This document shows positions 55,387 through 64,000 of a DNA stretch of 64,000 nt, piece by piece. Made by a program: the position numbers and the translations under genes. The first letter of the stretch is position 1; the number at the start of each line of letters is the position of its first letter. The DNA lies in contig JAPLDJ010000012.1 of assembly GCA_026391805.1 (NCBI GenBank), positions 9,268 to 73,267 of the forward strand. Direction: 5' to 3'. The notes beneath the pieces were generated by a model. The model was given only the letters and a program-made list of their open reading frames with translations. It ran no database searches and was not told the origin of the DNA. This DNA is from Bacteroidota bacterium (GTDB lineage: Bacteria; Bacteroidota; Bacteroidia; Bacteroidales; FEN-979).

Positions 55387-55495
55387 AATGCGAAATGTGA
55401 AATGCGAAAAAAACAGTTCCATTGAACACTGCAGGTGTGACATTATTGTAGCGAAAAGCGAAATAATTTTGTATCCAGCATCCAGCATCCAGTAT
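55387..55495. repeat. AATGCGA x3, AGCGAAA x2, CCAGCAT x3 heptamer arrays filling a convergent spacer
   Basis: Direct reading. Confidence 0.85.
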
Positions 55496-56398
55496 TCATG
55501 ATCGCGGATGATACTGAAGTATCGTACTTCTCAGGTATTCCTTATCAAGGTGGGTGTAAATTTCGGTTGTCGTAATGGATTCATGCCCGAGCATCTCCTG
55601 GACGGCCCGCAGGTCGGCGCCGCCTTCAACAAGGTGAGTGGCAAAAGAGTGACGGAAGGTGTGAGGGCTTATATTTTTTACGGTGCCTGTTTTCAGGGCA
55701 AGTGTCTTTATGATCAGGAAGACCATGACGCGGCTGAGTTTTGAGCCTCTCCGGTTAAGAAAGAGAATATCCTCATATCCTTTTTTAACAATAATTTTCG
55801 ACCTGACCGATTTCATGTAGATCATGATGTGTTTGGCGGCAATGCTGCCAAGAGGAACGAGCCTCTCCTTGTTACCCTTGCCGATGACTTTTATAAATCC
55901 ATCGTTGAAATAGAGGTTGGAGACCTTCAGATCGACCAGCTCTGAAACACGTAATCCGCATCCATAGAGCGTTTCAAGCATGGCTTTGTTCCGTTCACCC
56001 TCCGATTTGCTCAGGTCGATGCCCCCGATCAGCTTGTCGATCTCTTCAACGGTCAGGACGCGGGGAAGCTTCCTGCCGATCTTCGGCGACTCCAGCATTT
56101 CCGTAGGGTCCTTTAAAACGACATTCTCCAGGAGAAGGTATTTGTAGAAGCCTTTGAGTCCAGAAATAATTCTTGCCTGCGAACGCGCCGTCATCCCTAA
56201 CAGGGTGATCCACTTAAGGAATTCCTGGAGATGATGAAGTTCAACTTTCTCAGGAGAGAGTTTAAGGCCTGCAACATCAAGATACTGAACAAACTTGTTC
56301 ACGTCATGCACATAGGCATCAACGGAATTTCCCGATAATGACTTTTCCAGTTGGAGGTAAGCCTTAAATCCCTTGATATAAGAAGACCAGTCTGACAA
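55496..56398 (-). CDS. xerD: Tyrosine recombinase XerD
   Basis: HTFRHSFATHLVEGGADLRAVQEMLGHESITTTEIYTHL. TTG start. Confidence 0.85.
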   Translation of the reverse strand: MSDWSSYIKGFKAYLQLEKSLSGNSVDAYVHDVNKFVQYLDVAGLKLSPEKVELHHLQEFLKWITLLGMTARSQARIISGLKGFYKYLLLENVVLKDPTEMLESPKIGRKLPRVLTVEEIDKLIGGIDLSKSEGERNKAMLETLYGCGLRVSELVDLKVSNLYFNDGFIKVIGKGNKERLVPLGSIAAKHIMIYMKSVRSKIIVKKGYEDILFLNRRGSKLSRVMVFLIIKTLALKTGTVKNISPHTFRHSFATHLVEGGADLRAVQEMLGHESITTTEIYTHLDKEYLRSTILQYHPRS

Positions 56399-56463
56399 AA
56401 CTCGATATTGGTTTGGAAGCCGTAAAAATATGAAATTATTTTGTTTTTTAATCAGAAAAGATA

Positions 56464-56471
56464 TACTTTTG
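56464..56471 (+). promoter_or_regulatory. -7 box TACTTTTG
   Basis: 29 nt upstream of the rpmG ATG. Confidence 0.45.
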
Positions 56472-56499
56472 CAGACCCAAAATAAAAAGTGAAGTAAAA

Positions 56500-56688
56500 A
56501 TGGCGAAGAAGAGTAAAGATCAGCGGATTCAGGTCATAATGGAATGTACTGAGCAGAAGACAAGCGGAGTGCCCGGAATGTCGAGGTACATCACCATGAA
56601 GAACAAGAAAAATACTCCGGAAAGACTGGAGCTGAAAAAATACAACTCCTACCTGAAGAAAGTTACCGTTCATAAAGAAATCAAATAA
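56500..56688 (+). CDS. rpmG: 50S ribosomal protein L33
   Basis: [54 protein letters not shown]. Confidence 0.93.
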   Translation: MAKKSKDQRIQVIMECTEQKTSGVPGMSRYITMKNKKNTPERLELKKYNSYLKKVTVHKEIK

Positions 56689-56700
56689 TAAAGATATACC

Positions 56701-56862
56701 ATGGCAAAGAAAGTTGTTGCAACATTCCAGACCAGCGGCAGTAAGGACTTTACAAAAGTGATCCGCATGGCAAAAACCGGCAAGGCCGGCGCATATGTAT
56801 TCAAAGAAAACATTGTACCGAACGATGCAGTAAAGGAGTTCCTGGCCAGCGCCAACAAGTAA
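56701..56862 (+). CDS. DUF4295 small protein (53 aa, below ORF-track cutoff)
   Basis: Hand translation: MAKKVVATFQTSGSKDFTKVIRMAKTGKAGAYVFKENIVPNDAVKEFLASANK. Conserved position after L33 in Bacteroidota. Confidence 0.8.
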   Translation: MAKKVVATFQTSGSKDFTKVIRMAKTGKAGAYVFKENIVPNDAVKEFLASANK

Positions 56863-56943
56863 ATCCCGCATCCTTCAGCATGAAAAAGCTTTTTTCCCTG
56901 GAAAAAAGCTTTTTTTATAAAATCACACCTCAGGAATCGTTCA

Positions 56944-57894
56944 ATGGGCCTCTTCTCCAAATTCTCAAAAGAAAACAAGGACTCCCTCGACAAAGGTCTG
57001 GAAAAGACCAAGACGAGCATCTTCAGCAGGCTGTCAAAGGCTGTTGCAGGCAAGTCGCGGGTGGATGAGGATGTCCTTGACCAGCTTGAAGAGATCCTGA
57101 TTACATCCGATGTTGGGGTGGAAACCACGCTGAAGATCATCGAACGTTTGCAGGCCAGGGCGGCAAAAGACAAATACATCGGGACCAGCGAACTGAACAG
57201 CCTGCTGAAAGAGGAGATCGCATCCCTGCTGCAGGAAAACAACATTAAAGATGCAGAGGAGTTCGATCTGCCTGCAGGGATAAGGCCCTATATTATAATG
57301 GTGGTCGGCGTGAACGGCGTCGGAAAGACAACTACCATCGGAAAGCTGGCCAATAATTTCAGGAAAGCCGGAAAAACAGTGCTTCTTGGCGCTGCCGATA
57401 CCTTCCGTGCCGCCGCCATCGACCAGCTGAAGATCTGGGCGCAGCGTGCAGATGTTCCCATCATCGCACAAAACATGGGTGCCGATCCTGCTTCTGTAGC
57501 ATTTGATACCGTGAATTCAGCCATAGCCAGGAACATCGATGTGGTGATCATCGATACGGCCGGCCGGCTCCACAATAAAGTCAACCTGATGAACGAGCTG
57601 TCGAAGATCAGGAATGTGATCCAGAAGCTCATCCCCGGTGCGCCGCACGAAGTCCTCCTGATCCTGGATGCATCCACCGGCCAGAATGCCATTGAGCAGG
57701 CCCGGCAATTTACTGCAGCAACGGAAGTGAATGCCATCGCACTCACCAAGCTCGACGGCACCGCCAAAGGAGGCGTTGTGATAGGGATATCCGACCAGTT
57801 CAGGATTCCCGTCAAATACATTGGCGTCGGCGAAAAAATCGATGACCTGCAGTTGTTTGACCGGGTAGAATTTGTTGACAGCCTCTTTAAATAA
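56944..57894 (+). CDS. ftsY: Signal recognition particle receptor FtsY
   Basis: GVNGVGKTTTIGKLA, DTAGR, TKLDGTAKGG. Confidence 0.93.
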   Translation: MGLFSKFSKENKDSLDKGLEKTKTSIFSRLSKAVAGKSRVDEDVLDQLEEILITSDVGVETTLKIIERLQARAAKDKYIGTSELNSLLKEEIASLLQENNIKDAEEFDLPAGIRPYIIMVVGVNGVGKTTTIGKLANNFRKAGKTVLLGAADTFRAAAIDQLKIWAQRADVPIIAQNMGADPASVAFDTVNSAIARNIDVVIIDTAGRLHNKVNLMNELSKIRNVIQKLIPGAPHEVLLILDASTGQNAIEQARQFTAATEVNAIALTKLDGTAKGGVVIGISDQFRIPVKYIGVGEKIDDLQLFDRVEFVDSLFK

Positions 57895-57901
57895 TTTCCC
57901 C

Positions 57902-59215
57902 TTGAAGACCAGATCCGGCCCGCACAAGATCGGTATTATATCCCTGGGATGTGCCAAAAACCTTGTTGACTCTGAACTCCTGATGAAGCAGCTCGATGCT
58001 TCATCCTTTAAAATCATCCCTGATCCCGGGGAAAAAATCAAAATCGATACGGCCATTATTAATACCTGCGGGTTTATCCTCGATGCCAAGAATGAATCGG
58101 TTGAGATGATACTCCGCTTCATCCGTACCAAACAGGAAGGCCGCATAAAATTTCTTTTCGTCATGGGATGCCTCTCTGAAAGATACCGTGAACAGCTTGC
58201 AAAAGAGTTGCCTGAAGTGGATGCATTCTTCGGCGTTCATGAACTTGGCAGAATCGTGGAAAGAGTGGGAGGGAAGTTCAGGAAAGAGCTGCTTGGAGAA
58301 CGCATGCTGGCAACACCATCGCATTATGCCTACCTGAAGATCGCGGAAGGTTGCGACCGCCGTTGCTCCTTCTGTTCGATACCGCTCATCCGTGGCAAAC
58401 ATATTTCACGACCCATGGCCGAACTTGTCAGGGAAGCTGAATTCCTTGCATCCAATGGCGTTAAGGAGCTCATCGTTATTTCACAGGATACGACCTATTA
58501 CGGACTCGATCTCTATAAAAAAAGAAAACTTCCCGACCTGCTCAGTAAACTTGCCGTTGTTCCCGGGCTGGAATGGATCAGGTTGCATTATACTTATCCT
58601 GACGGGTTCCCGATGGAATTACTGGAGGTGATGAAACGACACGGCAACATTTGCAAATACATCGATATTCCCCTTCAGCATATAAATACCAGGGTCCTGT
58701 CATCCATGAAAAGAGGGGTCGGGAAAAAAGAGACCCTTGATCTGGTGTCATCCATCCGCCGCCAGTTGCCCGGTGCTGTGATCCGGACCACACTCATCAC
58801 GGGATATCCGGGAGAAACAAAAAAGGATTTTGATGAACTGAAGGAATTTGTTATCCGTTGCCGGTTTGACCGACTCGGTGTTTTTACCTATTCCCATGAA
58901 GAAGGAACCGGAGCATTTGCACTGAAGGATAACGTCCCTGCAAGGGTCAAGCAGGAAAGGATGGAAACGCTGATGCAGATGCAGGAGGGAATATCGCTTG
59001 AACTGAATGCAGCAAGGGTCGGCAGCACGCTGAAGGTACTGGTCGAACGGGAGGAAACCGGCTATTATGTTGGCAGAACTGAATTTGATTCACCGGAGAT
59101 CGATAATGAAGTACTGATCGAAAGGAGAGGAAAAAAGCTCCGGACTGGTCACTTTTACTATACACGGATCACATCTGCAGACGCCTTTGATCTTTATGGC
59201 GAAATTGCTGACTGA
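57902..59215 (+). CDS. rimO: Ribosomal protein S12 methylthiotransferase RimO
   Basis: IGIISLGCAKNLVDSE, CDRRCSFC radical SAM motif, TRAM-like C-terminus. The in-frame TTG at 57902 is preferred over the TTG at 57872, which overlaps ftsY; the start is uncertain. Confidence 0.88.
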   Translation: MKTRSGPHKIGIISLGCAKNLVDSELLMKQLDASSFKIIPDPGEKIKIDTAIINTCGFILDAKNESVEMILRFIRTKQEGRIKFLFVMGCLSERYREQLAKELPEVDAFFGVHELGRIVERVGGKFRKELLGERMLATPSHYAYLKIAEGCDRRCSFCSIPLIRGKHISRPMAELVREAEFLASNGVKELIVISQDTTYYGLDLYKKRKLPDLLSKLAVVPGLEWIRLHYTYPDGFPMELLEVMKRHGNICKYIDIPLQHINTRVLSSMKRGVGKKETLDLVSSIRRQLPGAVIRTTLITGYPGETKKDFDELKEFVIRCRFDRLGVFTYSHEEGTGAFALKDNVPARVKQERMETLMQMQEGISLELNAARVGSTLKVLVEREETGYYVGRTEFDSPEIDNEVLIERRGKKLRTGHFYYTRITSADAFDLYGEIAD

Positions 59216-59242
59216 TTGAACAGATAAACTGATTTTATTTAT

Positions 59243-59250
59243 TATTTTTG
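59243..59250 (+). promoter_or_regulatory. -7 box TATTTTTG
   Basis: 23 nt upstream of the ATG at 59273. Confidence 0.45.
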
Positions 59251-59272
59251 CTGAAATTAAAAACCTGAATCC

Positions 59273-60040
59273 ATGAAACGAATCGCATTTCTTCTCTCAG
59301 CCTTGCTGATTATTCCTGTTTTGCTCTTTTCTCAGGGCACTCCGCAAAAGAACGACACCCTCAACAAGCTCAATGCAATGGGGCAGAAAACGGGATACTG
59401 GGAAGAACAGATGGCAGACCAGATCGCTAAAGGTTATTATCTGAACAACAACAAGACCGGGATCTGGGTCACGCAACTCGCCAGCAACCTGCTCGTGAGA
59501 GTTGAAAATTATGTCAACGGTAAAAAGGACGGGATCTCCCTTTCGTTTGACCGCAGGAACCGTCTCCTTTCACAGGAAAATTATAAGAATGGCATGCTGA
59601 ATGGCATCGTCATCAATTACAGCAACTATAATGAGTTTCCGCTGAATGAGATCTGGTACCTCAACGGGAAGAAAAACGGCCCCTCCAAGATCTATTATGA
59701 TAACGGGAAACTACAGGAAGACGCTGTATTCAAGAATGAGGTGAAAGACGGAATAGCACGCTGGTACAACCGTAACGGGAAAGTGATGGCCGAATACAAT
59801 TATGCCAACGGCATGTTTGAAGGCGTTCAGAAGACCTATTACGAAAATGACACCTTACAGTCGGTAGCAAATTATCATCTGAATAACTACGCTGGTCCTT
59901 ACCAGGAGTTTTACCGGAACGGCAAACCCAAGGCTACCGGACAGTATGTCAACAACATGAAAGAGGGCGAGTGGATCGAATACGACGAAACCGGGAAACC
60001 CGTCAAGAAGACCAAATTCAAAAACGGCGTAGGCAAATAG
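59273..60040 (+). CDS. MORN-variant repeat protein (YwqK-family-like), secreted
   Basis: Repeats such as ENYVNGKKDGISLSF, ENYKNGMLNGIVINY, YLNGKKNGPSKIYY; signal peptide. Confidence 0.75.
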   Translation: MKRIAFLLSALLIIPVLLFSQGTPQKNDTLNKLNAMGQKTGYWEEQMADQIAKGYYLNNNKTGIWVTQLASNLLVRVENYVNGKKDGISLSFDRRNRLLSQENYKNGMLNGIVINYSNYNEFPLNEIWYLNGKKNGPSKIYYDNGKLQEDAVFKNEVKDGIARWYNRNGKVMAEYNYANGMFEGVQKTYYENDTLQSVANYHLNNYAGPYQEFYRNGKPKATGQYVNNMKEGEWIEYDETGKPVKKTKFKNGVGK

Positions 60041-60063
60041 TACCAGGTTTTTACTGATCCATC

Positions 60064-60543
60064 ATGCGAAAAATCAACAATCCTTTCCGGGAACGCGAGG
60101 GGTATAATTGTTTTGGCTGTTCACCCAGCCACCCCTCAGGCTTGCAATTGTCGTTTGTTGAGGAGAACGATGAACTCATTGCCGAGTGGGAGCCTAAACC
60201 CCAATTTGAGGGTTATCATGGTGTCCTCCATGGGGGAATTCAGGCTACACTCCTGGATGAGATTGCCTCCTGGGTAGTTTATGTCAAATTAAAAAGAGCG
60301 GGCGTTACCTCATCCATGAATGTAAAATACCATAAGCCGGTCTATCTGAATGGTGGCCCGCTGATCCTTCGTTCGAAAGTGACCGGCATGCGAAGGAACC
60401 TTGCCGACATCCATTCAGGCATCTATACCGCATCGGGTGAACTGTGCTCGGAAGCAACCGTCACCTATTATACATTTTCCGAAAAGGTATCAAAGGAGTC
60501 GTTTTTCTATCCCGGGGAAGAGGCGTTCTTTAACGGCGCCTGA
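60064..60543 (+). CDS. PaaI-family hotdog-fold thioesterase
   Basis: GVLHGGIQATLLDE motif; N-terminal CFGCS zinc-ribbon-like motif. Confidence 0.75.
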   Translation: MRKINNPFREREGYNCFGCSPSHPSGLQLSFVEENDELIAEWEPKPQFEGYHGVLHGGIQATLLDEIASWVVYVKLKRAGVTSSMNVKYHKPVYLNGGPLILRSKVTGMRRNLADIHSGIYTASGELCSEATVTYYTFSEKVSKESFFYPGEEAFFNGA

Positions 60544-61662
60544 TCAGAGTTGTTTTGCAAGCTGGCGGAAGAACTCCGGCCAGACGACAGTACCGGCCTT
60601 CTCACCCATTCGAACGATCACGATTTTTTTAGATGGATATACATAGATGAACTGGCCAAGGATTCCTTTGGCAAAAAAACTTCCATCATCCAGAACCCTC
60701 CAGTAATAGGCATAAGGATATCCCTGCGAATCTTTTGAGTCATTCCGGATGGTCAGGGATTCCTTCACCCAGGAGCCGGGAATGACCTGCCTGCCATCCG
60801 ATGTTCCATCGTCAAGAAAAAGTTGCCCGAAGCGTGCAAAATCTCCCGGAACGGCGTTGATGCAGCAAAATGCCCTGGCTTCCCGGTTTTTCTTACTGTC
60901 AAGGCTCCAGGTGGCAGGCTGTTCGGCCCCCATGGGTTTCCATATTTTTTCTTCAAAATAATCCGATAACCGCCGCCCTGTTGCTTTTTCCAGCGCCATC
61001 GCAAGGATCTGTGCATTGCAGCTCACATAGTCATAGGCTGAGTCTGGAGGGCTCACCACTTTCAGTTCAAGCGTATACTTCCGGAGGTTCAGTCCATAAT
61101 AAAATTTCGCAGCCCCGCTGAAAGGATCGTTATATCCTTCATTGAAGCTGACTCCGGAACGCATCGTCAGCAGATCTTCCAGTGTCACCTTCCTGAAGCC
61201 GGGATCCTTCAGCTCAGGCAGGTAGTCAGTTACAGGTTGGTGAATGTCACGGATGTACCCTTCCGAAAGAGCAATGCCAAACAAGGCTGAAAGAAAAGAT
61301 TTGGCAACGGAAAAGGAAGGGATCACCGAATTTCTGTTATACCCCCTGAAATAGTTTTCAACGATCAGGGTGTCATTTCTGATTATAAGAAATGCCAGTG
61401 TCTGATTCTTTTCAAGAAATGCATCCAGGCTAGCGGAATCAGCGCCGGCCTGGTAACCGGCCGGCAGGACGAGGGAGGTCGTCTTAACAGATTTTTTAAA
61501 TGTATGAAAAGCCGGACCGGTGCGAATCGTATCAGCCGGGAACTTTTTATAATCGCTTACATCTGCATAATTCCAATATACATATCGCGCAACATGACAG
61601 GACTCAAAGGAAAGGAGGATGATAAAAAGAAGAGGAAAATAAGATCTACCGTGCAATGCCAT
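60544..61662 (-). CDS. Serine hydrolase (beta-lactamase/PBP4-like family)
   Basis: SVAKSF SxxK motif; N-terminal anchor. Confidence 0.75.
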   Translation of the reverse strand: MALHGRSYFPLLFIILLSFESCHVARYVYWNYADVSDYKKFPADTIRTGPAFHTFKKSVKTTSLVLPAGYQAGADSASLDAFLEKNQTLAFLIIRNDTLIVENYFRGYNRNSVIPSFSVAKSFLSALFGIALSEGYIRDIHQPVTDYLPELKDPGFRKVTLEDLLTMRSGVSFNEGYNDPFSGAAKFYYGLNLRKYTLELKVVSPPDSAYDYVSCNAQILAMALEKATGRRLSDYFEEKIWKPMGAEQPATWSLDSKKNREARAFCCINAVPGDFARFGQLFLDDGTSDGRQVIPGSWVKESLTIRNDSKDSQGYPYAYYWRVLDDGSFFAKGILGQFIYVYPSKKIVIVRMGEKAGTVVWPEFFRQLAKQL

Positions 61663-61870
61663 TTTTGATTACATAATCTTTCTTGACCGTCCGGCTCTTA
61701 TAACCGTATTTCTTTGAATAATTATTTTTATTCTTTTGGGTGCCATAGCGGTTGTGATAGTTGCTCTCCCTGCATGAGTTCACGCTGCTCTTGTGAGAAC
61801 AGGAGATGCCCGAAAAAGCAAACAGAAGAATCATTACCAAAAGAGTCCACCGGACGGAAAAAAACCTCAT
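61646..61870 (-). CDS. Small Lys-rich putative lipoprotein
   Basis: Internal ATG at 61870 gives MRFFSVRWTLLVMILLFAFSGISC. Overlaps the next gene start by 17 nt. Confidence 0.4.
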   Translation of the reverse strand: MRFFSVRWTLLVMILLFAFSGISCSHKSSVNSCRESNYHNRYGTQKNKNNYSKKYGYKSRTVKKDYVIKNGIAR

Positions 61871-61934
61871 AATTCTGATCCTGAATATGGTCTGTAAAAT
61901 TATCATTATTCTTGATACCTGGCAAAAATATTTA

Positions 61935-61942
61935 TACTTTTG
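61935..61942 (+). promoter_or_regulatory. -7 box TACTTTTG
   Basis: About 63 nt upstream of the ATG at 62005. Confidence 0.45.
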
Positions 61943-62004
61943 TATCAGGAAACAATCATTCTGTATTTTAAAAAACATATCTCATATTATTAATCCATTT
62001 TATC

Positions 62005-63315
62005 ATGAAAAAGAATTTACTTTTTATCCTTTCGCTTTTTTTCCTTGTTCTTGCAGCAAACAGCTTTCTTCAGGCTCAGAGAACCACAGACGTCAGGCAG
62101 GTCATCATCGGCAATGGCGGCAAGTTTGAAAGCGTGCCTCCCTATACAGACTATGTTACCGTTGAAACTTATAACCTTGCGACCCAGCTTGTAACTGTTT
62201 TCAACACCATTGGCACTCAGAGTGTCCAGGATGTGCTGATCGACGGAAATCATGCATACGTCACAGCGCAGGATTCCATTGTGCTGTATAACATCGATAC
62301 CTTCCAGAGAATAATTGCTGTTGCAGACTCAGGCGTTAATAAAATGGCCCTTACCCAGGGAAAGCTGATCATTACAAAGCAATATCCGATAGGAAGATTC
62401 TTCACGGAAGTGCTCGATGCCACCAACCTCAGCCTGATCGCTCTGATTGATGGGATACCCGGGGATTGTGAAGGTGTTGCCGTGTTTCAGAACTATGCAT
62501 TCATTGCCTGCGACAGTGGCTACCAGGGAACCAAGGGACGCCTGGCCGTTGTCAATACAAACAACTGGAGCCTTTTAGGCGTCGCTGACTTAGGCGCTGA
62601 CGCAATCGGAAGCTACAGTGTTTTTCCATATGCCGGATATATCTTTATCGTAAACAGGACACCCTACGGAGGGGGAAATATAGGAAGTATCACACGGTTT
62701 GACCCGGGTAACCAAACCTTTACGACCCACGTCATGAATGTTAAGATCGGCGTGGGATACGGGATCAGTAATAACCTCCTCTACATGGGCATCAATAACA
62801 GCATCGGAACCTACGACCTGGATACTCAACAAATCGTTGATACGACGCTTTTCAGCTATTTCGGTGCAGGCGGCTCTATCGAGATCCATTCTGCAGCTGT
62901 TGATTACGTTAACAACAAGCTTTACACCGACCTTGGGAACCGTACCTCCTTCGGAATCGGGGTCGTTTTCAGTTTTACAGGAGATTCGCTGACATCCTAT
63001 GCAACCGGCATCAACGCTGATGCCTGTGCAATCGATTTCAGAACCCCGACCGGAACCGGCAATTCACACCAGGATCAGGACCTCAGGGTTTTCCCGAATC
63101 CTGTTGATGATTATATCGGTGTAACGGTGGGGACAAAATCCACCCTGCAGGAAATTACTATTTATGATCTTACAGGAAGAACGGTACTGACAAGACCTGT
63201 CCGGGACAATGAAAAGAACATCAGGATCAACGTTTCCGGTTATCCTTCCGGTATCTATATGATCTCTTTCACAACCGATCAGGGAACGAAGGTCAGGAAG
63301 TTCGTAAAGAGGTAG
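62005..63315 (+). CDS. T9SS-secreted protein (repeat/propeller-like passenger plus type-A C-terminal sorting domain)
   Basis: Signal peptide. C-terminal LRVFPNPVDDYIGV..ITIYDLTGRTV..SGIYMISFTTDQG. Confidence 0.75.
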   Translation: MKKNLLFILSLFFLVLAANSFLQAQRTTDVRQVIIGNGGKFESVPPYTDYVTVETYNLATQLVTVFNTIGTQSVQDVLIDGNHAYVTAQDSIVLYNIDTFQRIIAVADSGVNKMALTQGKLIITKQYPIGRFFTEVLDATNLSLIALIDGIPGDCEGVAVFQNYAFIACDSGYQGTKGRLAVVNTNNWSLLGVADLGADAIGSYSVFPYAGYIFIVNRTPYGGGNIGSITRFDPGNQTFTTHVMNVKIGVGYGISNNLLYMGINNSIGTYDLDTQQIVDTTLFSYFGAGGSIEIHSAAVDYVNNKLYTDLGNRTSFGIGVVFSFTGDSLTSYATGINADACAIDFRTPTGTGNSHQDQDLRVFPNPVDDYIGVTVGTKSTLQEITIYDLTGRTVLTRPVRDNEKNIRINVSGYPSGIYMISFTTDQGTKVRKFVKR

Positions 63316-63332
63316 GTTTCCTCGGGAATCTA

Positions 63333-63362
63333 AGCGGAATACATCTCCGCTGACTATTTTTT
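63333..63362 (+). terminator. Rho-independent-type terminator
   Basis: AGCGGA-ATACATC-TCCGCT followed by GACTATTTTTT. Confidence 0.5.
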
Positions 63363-63370
63363 CGCATCCA

Positions 63371-64000
63371 ATGAGAATCCAAATAAAACCCGCCTTCATT
63401 ACCGGGTTGATAATCTTCTGTGTTACGTCGGTCTGCCAGGCTCAGTTTCCCCCGCCTGCCGGACAACCCGGAACAACTGCAATATTCAAGGACAGTTCTG
63501 TCTTTATTGGATGGGCAACCGGTTGTTCTGTCCACCGTGGATACATTAAAATTTCCGATACGGCACTCACCTACAACGGCGACAATAAAGCCAGTTATGG
63601 GGCAGATACCTCAGCACTTGGAAAAGCTGACGAATCCACTGTCAGCCTTGGTGATGGCGGCTGGGCCATCCTCACATTCGACCAGCCGGTCGGAGATGGT
63701 CCCGGTTATGATTTCGCTGTATTTGAAAACGGACTGAACGATTCCTTCCTTGAACTTGCGTTCGTGGAAGTCAGCTCGGATGGAATTAACTTCTTCCGGT
63801 TTCCCGCCACTTCCCATACACAAACCATCGCACAGGTCGGTACCTTTGGACTACTTGATGCCACAAAGATCAACAACCTGGCTGGAAAATACAGGATCCT
63901 GTTCGGCACTCCTTTTGACCTCGGGGAACTCAATGGTATTCCGGGCCTCGATGTGTTCAGGATCACCCATATCAGGATCATTGATGTCGAGGGCTGTATT
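63371..64000 (+). CDS. Secreted hypothetical protein, 3' end beyond the window
   Basis: ATG at 63371; frame open for 210 codons to base 64000. Not in the ORF track, apparently because it is edge-truncated. Signal peptide MRIQIKPAFITGLIIFCVTSVCQA; then ILTFDQPVGDGPGYDFAVFENG..LELAFVEVSSDGINFFRF. Confidence 0.65.
   Translation, partial: MRIQIKPAFITGLIIFCVTSVCQAQFPPPAGQPGTTAIFKDSSVFIGWATGCSVHRGYIKISDTALTYNGDNKASYGADTSALGKADESTVSLGDGGWAILTFDQPVGDGPGYDFAVFENGLNDSFLELAFVEVSSDGINFFRFPATSHTQTIAQVGTFGLLDATKINNLAGKYRILFGTPFDLGELNGIPGLDVFRITHIRIIDVEGCI

Noticed and set aside
55496-56398. Tyrosine recombinase as a marker of an integrated mobile element.
   Set aside because: The sequence and context fit chromosomal XerD. 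No flanking att-like repeats, tRNA target, or phage or conjugation genes are present.
1-64000. tRNA, rRNA, tmRNA, riboswitch, prophage, toxin-antitoxin or defense-system genes.
   Set aside because: I scanned the spacers by eye for tRNA T-arm-type strings and known leader motifs and the proteins for hallmark motifs. I recognised nothing convincing. A covariance-model scan (tRNAscan-SE, Infernal/Rfam) would be the decisive check.

Overview
This 64-kb chromosomal segment reads as Bacteroidota. The evidence is T9SS C-terminal sorting domains, TAnnTTTG -7 promoter boxes, L33-DUF4295-FtsY-RimO synteny and GH92/GH2/GH172-type glycan genes. I count about 48 protein genes. I saw no tRNA, rRNA, CRISPR array, or prophage or defense island. 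Blocks: (i) 1-13.9 kb, minus strand: an edge-truncated MORN protein; a self-promoted operon of M64 peptidase, glycyl-radical-enzyme (GRE) activase and a HypD-like GRE; a DMT transporter; and a high-mannose N-glycan set (GH2 beta-mannosidase, EEP, GH92). (ii) galK, galM, an SDR and a bacterial EXPERA/TMEM97-like membrane protein. (iii) 18.5-25.3 kb: MBOAT, two SGNH proteins, a metallophosphoesterase, and a LysM/lytic-transglycosylase-like protein whose catalytic Glu position is Ile. (iv) 28.7-33.1 kb: a single 4.4-kb T9SS adhesin frame broken only by two in-frame TGA codons 48 nt apart, followed by two diverged copies of a ~78-aa miniprotein (signal peptide, Pro/Gly-rich stretch, C-terminal anchor). 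(v) 34.4-50.8 kb: SSS transporter, ogt, an FGE-fold fusion, CAP-SPOR, GH172-like, GH63-like and an 1838-aa multi-domain GH fusion. (vi) Housekeeping genes: aat, aminotransferase, xerD, rpmG, ftsY, rimO. The most pervasive unexplained signal is non-coding. Nearly every intergenic spacer is a mosaic drawn from a small reused vocabulary of tandem 7-, 9- and 11-mers and GC-stem tetraloop hairpins, and several of these overlap and terminate CDSs. All functional calls come from motif recognition by eye; no database search was run.
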